A stretch of DNA of 64,000 nucleotides from the human T2T-CHM13v2.0 reference genome, Homo sapiens, in assembly GCF_009914755.1 (NCBI RefSeq), contig NC_060937.1; one strand, written 5' to 3'. The position numbers and the translations under genes are program-made. Each line of letters begins with the position of its first letter. Positions within the stretch are counted from its first letter, which is position 1. The notes beneath the pieces were generated by a model. It did no database searches, was not told where the DNA came from, and saw only the letters and a program-made list of their open reading frames with translations. Below are positions 27,340 to 42,070 of this stretch, piece after piece.

Positions 27340-28760
27340 ACTGTGAAAATGGTGTGACCACTGTGGAAGAGAGTTTGACAGTTATCCAAAAAGGTGAGCA
27401 TCAAATTTTCATATGACCCAGCAATTCCACTCTTAGTATAGCCAAAAGAATGGAAAGCAGGGACTCCAAAAGATATTTGCACGGCAGTGTTCACTGCAGC
27501 ATTACTCACAATAGTCGAAAGGCAGAAGCAGTCCAAATGTCCATCAACAGATGGATGGACATACAGTGTAGCCTCTACACACAATGGAGTATTATTCAGC
27601 CAGACAAAGAAATGAAAATTTTGAAACAGGAGAGTTCCCTGATCCCTCTCGCAGGACATGTGACAGGGGTGTGGCTTGTCTGTTGTGTCACTGCTGCTGC
27701 TCATACCCTGACAGGATGGGGAGCACACAGACCGGCAGGTGCAGAAGCTGGGGCAGGTGCTTTGGCCTCTGGCCCTGCAGTCATGTCTAGGGGTGGATGC
27801 CTGCAACCCCTGTGTTACAATGCTTTTAGCCTTGCCATCCTCAGACAGCTTAAGTGTTTACCAGATCAATGGACCCTCTGCCTTTTCACAAGGGCAGAGG
27901 GCCAGTGTGACATCTTTCTGTATCCTGAGCTCTTGCCCAGCATCCTAGAAGAATTGGGTCACACATGGGCTTGAAGGATGAATATGGGGTTTTATTGAAT
28001 GGTGGAGGTGGCTCTCAGCAGGACGGATGGGGAGCCAGAAGGGAGAATGGAGCAGGAAGATGATCTTCCCCTGGAGTTTGGCTGTCAAGCAGCCCATCTC
28101 TCCAACTGCCCCCAGACGAAGTCCTCTCGGTGTTCAGATGTTCCTCTTCTTCTCTCTTTCTCTGCCACACAGTTCTGCCATCCCTCTGCTTATCTCGTCT
28201 CCTCTGCTCATCTGCTTCTGGAGCCTGGGGTTCAGGGTTTATATGGGTACAGGATAGGGAGGTGTGGCGGGCCAAAAAGCAACTTTCTGGGCACAAAAAC
28301 TGAAATGCCTGTTCCCACTTAGGGCCGTGGGTCTCCAGGCTTGAGGGTAGGGCCTTTGCCAGGGAACCTCCCTCTTCTACGCAGTATTTCCCTGTCTCCT
28401 GTCTGTATCATTTTGACATATGCTGTGACATGAATAGATCTTAAAAACATTATGCTACGTGAAAGAAGCCAAACACAGAAGAAAAAATGTTGCGTGATTC
28501 CACTTATACAAGATACCTTGACTAGACAAATTCCTAAAGACAGAAAGTAGACAAGAAGTTAGCAGCAGCTGGGTTGTGGGGGAAGTTACTGATTAATGGG
28601 TACAGAGTTTATGTTTGAAATGATGAAAAGTTTTAAATATAGATAGTGGTGAGGATTCTGAAACATCGTGAATGTATTTAATGCCAATGAATTGCACAGA
28701 TCCAAATAATTAAAACAATAACCACTATGTCATTTATAGTTTACTACAATGGTTTTAAAA
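27340..28760 (+). mobile_element. L1MA/MB 3' region split by an LTR1-like element
   Basis: atgacccagcaattccactc...caaatgtccatcaacagatg on the left; continues cttaaaaacattatgcta...aatgggtacagagtt on the right. Confidence 0.8.
27622..28410 (-). mobile_element. LTR1/MER52-group ERV1 solo LTR (~790 bp)
   Basis: Minus strand begins TGATACAGACAGGAGACAGGGAAATACTG; TG...CA ends; near-TSD attt / tttt; length fits LTR1. Confidence 0.75.
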
Positions 28761-30290
28761 ATCAACTACTGATACACACAACAGAAAGTACATGATTTGC
28801 ATCAAAAAGAAAGATTTCCTGTGTTAAATAATTTGTATCCAACTTTGTAGCATTTTTCAAATTACCATTCCCTACCAGTGAAGTGTGTAGCAGGTCCAGA
28901 CATCCAGTATTCACATGGTAAATTCTAGAACTCTATTAATAATCCTACTGTATAGCAAGCCTGCATGCACACACATGCCACATACCATACACACACCACC
29001 GCCCCCCTGCCCCCAACACACGCACACAGTGGGGGTAAACTGCTTTCTTTGCCTATTCTAAAGCTATTCTAAGAGACCAATTCACATAGAAGTAAAGACC
29101 CAGTTGTACAAACTGTGGTAATTTTACAAACCATACACTGTCTGGGCTTCCGCTAAGGAAATGCTGTGATTTTCATGTTACACAAGAAAACCAAAGAGGG
29201 ATCATTCTAATGCAAATTGGTCATTTCAAGCCATTCACCAATAGAAGGCTTCTTGAATAGTGCAAAAGTTGAGTTGTTAATACGGCTTGTTTAGTTGCTT
29301 TTAGTTGTTTCTTTTTTTCTTTTGGTTTGTTTTACTTTAATCAGAGTAAAAAATAACAGAGAAAAAAGAAGGAAAAAACTAATGAGGTAGTTCAGAAGTT
29401 TTAAAAATATCTATTTTACATTACAAGGCACTGGAAGGCACATTTCCAAGATGAGGAGTGGAACTAAGAGAAAGAATTTAATATTGGGAGAAATCACTGT
29501 TCCTTGAATCAGAAGGACTGAGAATTTACCCCCCAATAAACACAGACATAATTTAATTGAAAGTCATGACTTAGCCCGCATATTTTAAATATTTTCTTAG
29601 TCTTACACAAGTTTTATTTTCAAATACATAAAGAAGAAAGTTAGAACTTGCACATTAAAGACAAAAAATAAAATAATGATGACATCTTTATATCCAAGAG
29701 AGACCATTTCTTCCATTAATCAATATTTTTTCTTAAAAGTGATTTCAAATCATTTATTTTATTATCTGTTGAAAAGCAAAAATAACTTTCATGTTTTACA
29801 GCTGCCTGAACAATGGCAAAGTTTGTTTACAGCAAATAAGTCATGGGTCTTCATGAGAAATGGGATAAACTAATACATTTCTAATTTTCTTTCTAAATAA
29901 TGGTGTTTTAAAAAGGCAAAGTTTCCCAATATTTAAAAACATAAAATATTTTTCTAAACATATTATATTTCACTTCTATTCACCATAAAACAAATCTAAA
30001 AATATTAACATTGGTCCTGTAGACTGGTATTTATAACAATAAAATTTTCTGTCTCATCATAAAGAAAAATATCAAGATTAAATTGTTTTCTTTTAAAAGC
30101 ATCATCTTGTTATCCAAACCCATCCTTTATTCCATAATAAAGTTTTGTGACTGCCTGGGTTTTAAAATGGTCATTGACAAGGAAGAGTCTCAGGTTCATG
30201 TGTGAATTTCCTTCATTCAAATGGAGTTTGTCCTCCATTTACTCAGCGATGAGCAGTCTCCTGTCCTTAGAAGAAACAATGAGCACCTTT

Positions 30291-30342
30291 TTTTTTGTAA
30301 CGTGAGAGCAAGTTTATTAGGTAAATAAAGGAATAAAGAATC
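30291..30342 (-). mobile_element. Micro-retrocopy of a polyadenylated RNA 3' end (ERV1 LTR R-region-like)
   Basis: Minus strand reads ...ctAATAAActtgctctcacgttac-poly(A); TSDs caatgagcaccttt (30277-30290) and cattgagcactttt (30343-30356). Confidence 0.7.
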
Positions 30343-30674
30343 CATTGAGCACTTTTAAGGCTTAACTGAATTCAAGGACCTTGAAGTGGAAAGAACCACT
30401 GAGATCTCTGACTGTAATATGACTTCTGCCTTCTCTCCAGGAGATCTATGAGCTGACTCCAATTCTCCCAGACTCTTGCACTGGACCAGGCAAGAGTAGC
30501 AGGTGAATTCTTATTCTTGAATCCCTCAACTCCTGTGTTTTGAGGTAAGTCTGAAGATAGGACATCCTGAATGATGTCAAATGTGTTACTCTAAATAGTA
30601 ATTATTTTAATTTTGAACTTCAGAATTCCACTCTGCCTTCCTTCCCCATCTCCTTTTTTGAATAATTCTTTCCA

Positions 30675-31202
30675 TTTTTTCTTTTTTTAAGACAGGGTCT
30701 CACTCTGTCACCCAGGCTGGAGTGCAGTGGTTCCATCATCGCTCACTGCAGCCTCAGCCTCCCACACTCAAGTGATCCTCCCACCTCAGCCTCCTGAGTA
30801 GCTGGGACTACAGGTGCATGCCACCATACATGGCTGGTTGTTTTATCTTTTGTAGAGATGGGGTCACATGTGTGCATGCCACCATACATGGCTGGTTGTT
30901 TTATCTTTTGTAGAGATGGGGTCACATGTGTGCATGCCACCATACATGGCTGGTTGTTTTATCTTTTGTAGAGATGGGGTCACATGTGTGCATGCCACCA
31001 TACATGGCTGATTGTTTTATCTTTTGTAGAGATGGGGTCACATGTGTGCATGCTACCACACATGGCTGATTGTTTTATCTTTTGTAGAGATGGGGTCACA
31101 TGTTGTTTCCCAGCCTGGTCTAAAACTCCTGGGCTCGAGTCATCCTCCCACCTCAGCCTCCCAAACTGCTGGGATTATAGGCGTGAGCCACTGCGCCTGG
31201 CC
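30675..31202 (-). mobile_element. AluJ carrying an internal tandem amplification
   Basis: Reverse Alu: gacagggtctcactctgtcacccaggctgg...gagccactgcgcctggcc, lengthened to ~530 bp. Confidence 0.92.
30814..31103. repeat. Minisatellite, 5 x 58 bp, Alu-derived
   Basis: Unit gtgcatgccaccatacatggctggttgttttatcttttgtagagatggggtcacatgt starts at 30814, 30872, 30930, 30988 and 31046. Confidence 0.97.
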
Positions 31203-32139
31203 ATCACTTTTTGATTCTTAAATGATAAAATAAACTTCCTAAAAGCCATATTATCCTTATAGAAAGACTATCTTTGCCATCAAATGAAACTGATGTGATC
31301 TATGAGGCACAATGACAGGAAAGATGACTCTAGGAGATGTCCTAGGGAAACCTAAAATGCAGTCTCTTTGAGTTGTAATTCTTTGGCCTTTTGAATACAA
31401 TGAAACCCAAAAATTTGCAACAAAAATATATACAGACATGTCTTTTTGCATGAGCACTTTGTTTCTTACATTTTCCTAATTTGTCAAATAAAATTAAACT
31501 TCAGGGACAATTATTAAAATACATAAGCAAGATCATCTCCTTACCTAACAAAACATTTTAAAGTTTACATTCTCATCATGAACTGTGTAACAATATAACC
31601 ACCACCTTCCAGAAAAAAAACACTATTTTTACACTGAAAACCATCAATGACTATAATTTAAGATGAGATTACCTATATCCTTCTGTAATAACTACTAGCA
31701 GATTAAAATCTAACATGTTTTCATTATTTTTCTTATCAACTAGCTATTTTGTAGGTATTGATTTTATTTTTTGAGCTCTGGGTGAAATGTGGTAAGCCAC
31801 CTCCGTATTTCAACTTTTTCTATTTACACATTATTTCTATTCAGAAGTGTGTGACTTTTTTTTAAATTGGCAAGCTGAGAAGCATTATTAGTATCAACTT
31901 TGTGATTCTTCCTAAATATATACACTAATTGCACTCATTTATTTCTTAAGGCTTTCTGTCAACTTTGATGATAAATAGATAATAAATTTTGGAGCTGTAG
32001 ACTTTTTTATCATGTATGTTTACCTCCCATATTTCAACATAGGATAGACAGAATTCTAAATTTGCATTTATATTTTCTTAATATAATTGGAAATGTTACC
32101 TCTTAACCAACCTACTAGCTGTGCAGTCAAAATTATCTA

Positions 32140-32197
32140 TTAAGTTGCTGCAAAAGTAATTGTGGTTTTTGCCATTTAAAGTAATGGCAATTACTTT
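32140..32197. mobile_element. MADE1 (Hsmar1 MITE), internally deleted
   Basis: ttaagttgctgcaaaagtaattgtggtttttgccatt...aatggcaattacttt matches the MADE1 palindrome. Confidence 0.8.
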
Positions 32198-33964
32198 ATA
32201 AAATCATTTTATAATTCAAAAACATCTATAATACTTATACATTTATTATATATAGGAAATGTAATTGGTCATGTTCATTTCTTACTGAAAGCTAGGATGT
32301 TTTCAATATCCTTCTAAAGTACCATCTAATGCCCACTTAAATCTTTTTTATTTATGAATAACACCAATAAATATCACCATAAAAAGTTATCAAAGGATTT
32401 ATACCCATTTTCTATTACTCTCTGGCTTATTTTATATAGCTAATTTTAGTAAAACTGTCAAAGTCAAAATGAATACAAAGACACAATAAGAAAAATTCAT
32501 TTCATTTTTCTGTGTTATGAAGAATCACTCCATTTTTTATACATCTCTCCAATTCAGCTGAAATAACGTCCTCTATTTACCTTCAACTTAAGAGGACTAC
32601 TCCCTAAAGGGCATTTTCGGATTCTGAAACACAAACTAACCTAACTTAATTCATGGTGAAAAAAGCTCACATCCATAGCCACAGTGTCTGTCAATAAACT
32701 AATTGTCTTCAATATAATTCAAAAGAAGAAACCGTCAAAAGAAAACAGATTTTTTTTCATATTTAGTTACTATAATCTCTCACCCACTCCTTTTTTCTCA
32801 CTGAAACATCCAGTCACAGTTATTTTAAAGCATATTCTTCAGCCTTAATCTGTATCCCAGCACTTTTCAAAGAGGAATTCTGTAGCTCTGTCCCAAGGCT
32901 CGGCACGCCTGGTGGATTTAGTCCAGTCTCGGTGGGATAGTCTTTAACCGAGCTGGTGGAATTCGGAGCTTTTACATAAGACTTTAAATTCAAGTTGGCA
33001 AGAAATGTTCACTCTAAACTGATATTTGAATCAGACTTTCCAAAATTATTATTCTCTTAAAAAATAACTTTACAAAATAAGAAATGCATACAAAACGTAG
33101 AATCTTCACTCTTTATTTTCAGTATTTAGAACAACCTTTTGCCAAAAACTATGTCAAGTACAGGAACACTTATTAGCGAGAGGGCTATTTACCCTTAGAC
33201 AATATCTGAAACTTGAATACCTACAATGTTGACCGAAGGGTTATTTAAAATGCAGAGGGTGAGAAAGATAAATAGAACATGGCAGAACGGAGGAAATTCA
33301 GCAGTGTGTGCCTGTCTTCATTTATTAAAATTTTGGTGCTGTGAAGTTGTATCTTTTAAATTCATTAAATGTTGTCTATGGCCGGTCTGTATGGCCTGAC
33401 ATCCAAAATAAAGCCGCGAGGGATGCATGGAGTTCATATGTTCAGAGAACCAGCAGGGCAAGATTTTATCACTTTTTTCATTCAATAAGTTTGGTATCAA
33501 GAAAAAAGTAGAAGATTAACAATAAAGAAGAAACACACAAGCAATTGATCATGGTACCCATGCACAGATTCAAGATTTCTGCTCCTGAAGCTGATGTATA
33601 CAGGAGGCCAGTATCTGAAGATGACTAAGTTCTTCTAGGTCTATTGCATTGCTATTTACATTTTGAAATCTGAGAAGCCTAAAGAGGAGAGGCTCTGCTT
33701 CATGTTTCTACTAACTGTTAATCACATCTGTAAGTTCAATCCTCCGTGGATTTTCTTCTCTCTCACATATATGGTTCACTCTCTCCTTCAACTATAGCTT
33801 CTACTCTCTTAATTATATTTAAGCTCATGTCACTCCATTCATTGAAAACAAAAACAAGAAAAAGCCAAAACGTTTTCTAAATTCCCTTAGGCTATAACAG
33901 AGACTGATAAAATTGAAGGCTTGGAACATGAGCGATGGAGCAGCTGAGGAACACGTGTAGGAAG

Positions 33965-34150
33965 GTGGTTTTCCACCCTATGTCCTTTAGTAGCTTCTGA
34001 ACCGTGTGAAGGTACTGCTTATTCAAGAACTAAGCAAGTATTTTTATGTGCAGATTCTTGGACCCCACCCTAGATCTATTAAAACAGAATCTCCAAGGTG
34101 GGGCCCTGGAGTCTGCATTTTAACAACCTCTCGGTGTGAATGTGACGCAT
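33965..34150. mobile_element. MER5-family MITE fragment
   Basis: atgtgcagattcttggaccccaccctaga...cagaatctcc...ggggccc...tctgcattttaacaa. Confidence 0.65.
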
Positions 34151-34229
34151 ACATAGGGAAGCAAAAAGATGCTACAGAATATAAACACAGATGGCCCAGG
34201 ACTGACAGGGCCCCATGTGTCAGTGAGTA

Positions 34230-35540
34230 CAAAGAATGCTGAAAAACCACCTGCTGCACAAGGGGCCTCCCTCACCAGCCTGCTCTGATGCCTGAGATTC
34301 TTTAGTTAGACATTCTGTCTTCAGTATGTTCTTGTACCAGTGTGATGCTGAAGGATTGAAGAGAGAAATCTTGCCTTCATCAAACTCACCCTTCAATCTA
34401 CTTTTCCAGAGCTGTCTAATCAGCACAAAATCTTCTAAAACACAGGCTATTCACACTTCTATGACTTCACCATCCTCACGTGATGGCACGGTTTGGTGTC
34501 CCTGCCCCAATCTCATGTCAAATTGTAATGCCCAATGTTGGAGGCGGGGCCTGGTTGGAGGTGATTGGCTCATGGGGGTGGTTTCTCATGAGTGGGTTAG
34601 CACCATTCCCCTTGTGCATTCTAATCTTAGAGTTCTCACGAGATCTACTTGTTTAAAAAGTGTGTGGCACCTCCCTGCTCCCTTTCTTGCTCCTGCACCA
34701 GCCATGTGAAGTGCCTGCTTCCCCTTTGACTTCCACCATGATTGGAAGCTTCCTGAGGCCTCCCCAGAAGCAGATGTTGCTATGCTTCTGGTACAGCCTG
34801 TGAAACCATGAGCCAATTAAACCTCTTTTCTTTATAAATTACTCAGTCTCAGGTATTTCTTTATAGCAGTTGCAAGAACAGACTAATACACAGGCCCACC
34901 GCAATCTGTTCTGACACTGATACCTATCTAAAGTGATTTTCGTGAAAGTCACCAGTGATTCTTCAGTAGCCACATGCAGTAGCCTTTTGTCATTCCTGGG
35001 TCTACTAGCTTCATCCTTCTTCAAACTCTCTTTTCCCAGGAAGTGTATTGTATTCTGCTGTCCTGATTCTCCTCTTTCTTTAATGTGTCCTTCTTTATGC
35101 TCCCAGAACTCTCTGCCTCACTCCCTACAAGTTGTTCTTGGGCCCTCCTCTCTCTACTCCATACAGTCATCTCCTAGATAAGTGTTTCTCACTCTGTGGT
35201 CTCTCTCTTGAGATACAGACCTGCTTCCCCTGCTTCCCTGAGCATTTCCCCTGAAAGTCCTTTGTATCTACAGCTATAAAACTGAATGAACTCTGACCTT
35301 CAATTTCAGTTCATGAACCCCCCATTGTCCTGGGCAGTGGATTCCATCTTTCCATTTGTTATTTTGTCCCTCCCCTCTCCCTCTCATCCTGACTCCAGAT
35401 CTTTATAATTCTGTATGTTTATCCTCGGCAAATTCTTTCCAATAATGATCTCCTTTCTATTCCTGCTTTCTATGGCAAGTTCAGCCATGTTACTTCTAAA
35501 CTGGATTGCTATAACAATTGCCTTTTAACTCATCTGTCTC
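34230..35540 (-). mobile_element. L2 fragments interrupted by an MST LTR
   Basis: gaaagtcaccagtgattc...cttgggccctcctctct...aaaactgaa...aaactggattgctataaca pyrimidine-rich L2 motifs. Confidence 0.5.
34481..34890 (+). mobile_element. MSTA/B solo LTR
   Basis: ggtttggtgtccctgccccaaatctcatgtcaaattgtaat...gagccaattaaacctcttttctttataaattac...gactaataca. Confidence 0.9.
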
Positions 35541-35639
35541 CATTGTTTCCTAATACTAATTTTGCTAAAAACAGCAAAACATAAAACATTATATTTATTT
35601 GGGTGCTCTTTGCCTTTTGTTTGTTGTTGTTAGTGAACA

Positions 35640-35850
35640 TTTTAGAGCACCAATCAGATGCCAGGCACTTGTCTAAATATTTTACAAAATGAACTCATGT
35701 TATATTCATGACAACCTTATTTTAGGGATGAAGAAACTGAAATACCTAAAAGTGAAATGACTTTATTCAGGCCACATTACTATTCTGAGGTGGATCAAAG
35801 ATTCAAAGCTAGGCAGGCTGAGTCCAGAGCCATGTTCTCCATAACCCTGT
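35640..35850 (-). mobile_element. MIR
   Basis: tgccaggcact...gatgaagaaactgaaa...gtgaaatgactt...gattcaaagctaggcaggctgagtccagagcc. Confidence 0.7.
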
Positions 35851-36199
35851 TAACTCTCAGCATTAGTTTAATATACATCAGCACAGATTCATCCAATCAC
35901 TTTATGATCAGAAATATTTTAATATATCTTCACTGAATACTGACATTTTTACAAATCTGTAATGCGAAACTTAAAGCTGGAATTTGATTTTCTCTCTATT
36001 TAATTCTATAGCCATTATTCTCCCATTATTCTCTTCCACACATACTAAACAGTCTTAACAATAAGCAATATAGATTATTTTCTGATTCCAAGAAGATAAT
36101 TTAGTCACCTTCTTCACTGGCTTGAGCTTTCCTCAATACCTATCAAAATTTTAGCAGAAGTTGGTCGAATGGCCTAAAATTAGTCAGTGTTGGAAAAAG

Positions 36200-38050
<1,851 letters not shown>

Positions 38051-39669
38051 AATGTGGAGGTACAGAGGCTTATAAAAGACACCAAGAGCTACCAATGGTC
38101 CAGTGCCAAAACAACAGGAAGAGTAGGGCCTGGGACAGGACCAGTAACCATGCGCCAAGCCACAGAGCTACATCTTTAATCCTGAATCCAATGTGTGACT
38201 ATTGAAAAATTCTGTGCAAAGAAATGGCATGAAGAAATGTTAAAGGAAGAACATCTTTCTGGAAGTAGGTGTATTTGGAATGGTAGAATGTGATACAGGA
38301 ATAAGATAATAAAACAAAAGGTAGCAGTAGCTGGGAGTGAGGAGAAAAGGTTCAAAAGCCAGAGAGGAATGTGTCCCAGAAAAAAACTATTATAAGAACA
38401 CAGTTATGATGAGCCTTATGACTAGTAAATTATTTTCTACGTTTTAGTGGTACAGTGACCATCTGGAGAGCAAGAAACACCTTTTTGTCTTCTTTCTCCA
38501 GCATCAGTGCAAAGCTTTCCATAAATGTTTTCAGGACAAATGAATAAACTAATCTGATCACAGATTCGTATTTTTATGTACTTTTTTAAGTTCAGAGACA
38601 CTATTATTTATAATTCTAGAACTTTCTCATATACAGTTTCTGGGGAAAAGATATACCCAATCTAATGTTAGTTATATCTTTTCTCAAATGTTGCTCAAAT
38701 ATGTTGAATATAAAATTACAACAAAATAATAAATTAGCATGACTCAAGAATAAAGCCATTGGGTTCTGTCATGTCTTTCGAAAACAGTCTCATGATTGTA
38801 TTGTTTCCCTGAGAAATAGTCTTACTTCCCTAGTTAACAAGAAAATACACACACCTTAGAGAGAGCAAAGAGCAGGAGAAAAGAAAAAGAGAAAAAACTT
38901 TTTTAGGAATTATAATTTCAGACTAAAAATTAATGAACGCTAACATTCCCATCCTTTTCATTGAATTTCCTTTCATCTCTACTAATATTGAATATCATTT
39001 TAAAAAATGAAGCTTCAATAGATCACAGGGTCTGGATTTAAAACCCAGTTTTGAGTTAATTAGGTGGTCTTGGTTACTCCCTTAGGCTCAGTTTTCCTGA
39101 CTGTAAAATGGGAGTGTACTGGACATAAGTTATACCTGACTCCAAGTATTCTCAGCCTCACCTCTTACTCCAGCCATGGCTGAAGAGAACAGTTAGGCCC
39201 AGCTCTCATCAGCTCTAAAGAGGGACAGGCAACAGCATCTCATTCCAGGCCTGTGCCAAGGGGTCTCCAGCTCCTCGGTGTGGTGCCCATGGGAACACAG
39301 ACAGGTTCAAAGGGGATGAGTGGGGCCGTTAGCATCCCTTCGCCTCACCTGACAGGAGTGTACAAGGCTATAGATGAACATTTCTCCTACGTCCAGCCTC
39401 GGAGACAGTTCCTGGATCTATTTCTGAAGCCTTTTCAAAAGCCCCTTGTCCAGAGTGGACAACTTCAAAATGCACCCTCGCGCTGGCTTTCCCTCCGCCC
39501 CTGTTTCACTTCCAATCCTTTTCTCTCTCTCTGATGATTTGCCACAGGCTTTGCTTTTGAACTCATCTGAGCTAAGGCAGGCAATAAGAACGCTGCTAGC
39601 CCCACAGGGTAGGAAAGGGATAAAATGAGATGATTTATGTAAATAGAGTGCTTAGGATTTGAGAGGCGT

Positions 39670-39830
39670 TGCACTACGCTTTGCATAACCTAACACTTTA
39701 AGCCCTGTGCGGTCGGTACTACTCTCTTTGTTACAGAGAAGAAAACTGAGGCACAGAGAGGGAAGGCACATTGGACAGGATCACACAGCTAACAAGTGAC
39801 CTCTGAGCCACACTGCATCCTATACTGTCA
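39670..39830 (-). mobile_element. MIR
   Basis: ttacagagaagaaaactgaggcacagagagg...ggatcacacagctaacaagtg. Confidence 0.75.
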
Positions 39831-42019
39831 ACCACTAAAGCACACAGTAGGTGCCTTAACCTTTTTAAGGTGCTATTTCAAACTTAACATTGGCTTTGAA
39901 GGTTGGGAAACTATAAGGGACAAGGAGGAATAAAGTGCAGTCGGCATCATAAATCTGCCTCTGTGATCAGCTGTTATTCAAGTTGGCTTTGATCTCTAAA
40001 AGATGAGACGTAAAGATGGGCTATGTTCTGTACGTACACACAGGGAGAACCCCACTGGCATGTAAAAATCGTAGAAGACGAAATTGATTTAGATGCTAAG
40101 TTTTCCTGCTTAAATTCCACTTATCCTATTGACTTTAAACATAGCCTTTTGCTTTAAATGTAGATTTTTCCCATTATCTATTCCCTCAGGGCAATTCTTG
40201 TTAACAGATATCTATCTAGCTCTTGCATACTGAAGCTTGATGTCCAAAATCCCCTTATCAAATGAGATTACAGTCTTTTTTTTCCAATTTAAAGGCAACC
40301 TGATATCCAGGTACAAGAAATAAAGATAGAGCCAGGCAACCAAAACTCGTGGCCACAGATCCTCACTGTGTAAGCAAGATACTGTTCTGACGTGAATGAA
40401 GATAAGAAAAGCTTCTGAGGTGGGAGGACTGCAGCCCCACCAGCCTTCCCTTCGGAAACTCTCAGCCCAGTGATCACTCAGGAGCCCCAAGTACCTACAA
40501 CTGGCTGTTAACAAACCCCAGGAGGAAGAAAAAGAGGGGTTGGGAGTGAATCCATTTTAATATCAGTCTTCTTTCAGTTTCAGAATCAAAACATCAAGCT
40601 GTCACTTTAGAATGAACAGGATTTGTGAAGCTGAGCTCAGGAGTTTGCCGAATCTCAGACCACGCTCAGGTCTAGCCAGGGCTGGCAGACACACATTTAC
40701 TTTCTGGGATCTGTATGAGCTCTAATTTAAGAAAAAAAAAAAAAGTTACATTAAAAAAGAAATACATTGCATTTCCTCTTAAGAGAAGCCAATCAGAATA
40801 ACAAAAATTTGATTTCATCATAGGTCTTTAAAGTTATCACCCAAGACCATAAAAATTTAACACTGGGTAAAGAAAAACAGAGACTCACGGAGGATATGTA
40901 GTCAGCGTTGAGTTTATAGGAGTTCTCAAGTAAAAATGCTGCTTTTGATGTGTAAAAGGAGATGTCCTATAAAATAGTTGGCATTCAGAGTCAAGGAAAA
41001 TAGCAAGGGTTTTTGTAACTATAAATAAGGCTTATTTTATTTTTTAGAAGGCTGGTTGGTCTCATACATCTTGTGGATACAACAGACTATTTTGGCCTTT
41101 CCTGGCCACCTCCCAGCCCTGACTTCAGAAGAAGCTTGAAGACACTGGGAAATTTCTGAGCAACGTACTGAGCCATACAAATCCAACCACCAATCTCAAT
41201 AAAAGGGCTGTTTCTTAAAGACCGTACCACTCCTTAAAAACTGCACCAATTTTATTGAGGTAAAAAAATCCTCTAAGTATTATAGGAATAGCTAAGAATG
41301 CAAATTAATCCACCTGAGTGAAGAACTACTGCCCTGTCAGCAGGAAAAGCAATTTTCTAAATAAAGCCCAGTGAATCTGGTCATGACCTGGACATTACTT
41401 TTCAGTTCATTTTCATAGAAAAATGATCAAAATTTCAACTTAAATGTTATTTGCAGCTGCTATTGCTTGCCATTTCCTGAAATCTGGAATTCCACTTTTT
41501 TGGAAAAGATAATTTTTGAGGGATCATTTTTCAGAAGTTTCTGGTATATCCCCCCTTGGAAATTTCTTTGTGATACCAATAAAATACTACCAGATAACTC
41601 AGAAGTGACACCATCAATATATGTTTATCCCTGGAAGAAATATATACATCAAAGCTTAAAAATACAACTAAAAATTATCAAACATTAACAATAAATTTGA
41701 TTGTAAACACATTTCAATTTACCTCAAGCTTGAGAAACATTTTGTAGAATCTATTTATGCAACAAATACATTCATAATTACCATGACTTTCATTGAAAAT
41801 CTGAGAAAACCTTACAAACTCTATTTTTGTTTTACAAAATAAACCAAACCAAACCAAAATTTCTTATAATTTACTTAATTCTTTACTGATAGCTGAAAGA
41901 AGAAAGTATGTTAACTAAAACACTTCTAGTGGACCCACCTAATAATTTTCACCACATCGTTGCTATTTTCATTTAATTCATGGGGAAAATCAACTTAGAA
42001 TGAAAGGTTAGTCACTTAC

Positions 42020-42070
42020 GAGGTCTGAACTGTTCCAACATCATCAGCGTGTCATTACTTTCAGGTAAAA
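42020..42070 (-). other. Candidate minus-strand exon 3' end (5' boundary unknown)
   Basis: Consensus donor CTC|GTAAGT (intron 42019 downward) in unique CpG-retaining sequence; ATG ATG TTG GAA CAG TTC AGA CCT C (MMLEQFRP) precedes it. Confidence 0.3.

Noticed and set aside
27330-28322. Cluster of long overlapping ORFs (up to 174 aa)
   Set aside because: Produced by GC-rich LTR1 and L1 sequence; no recognisable protein or splice structure
30814-31103. Regular repeat array resembling a CRISPR
   Set aside because: Units are contiguous with no unique spacers, derive from Alu sequence, and the DNA is primate
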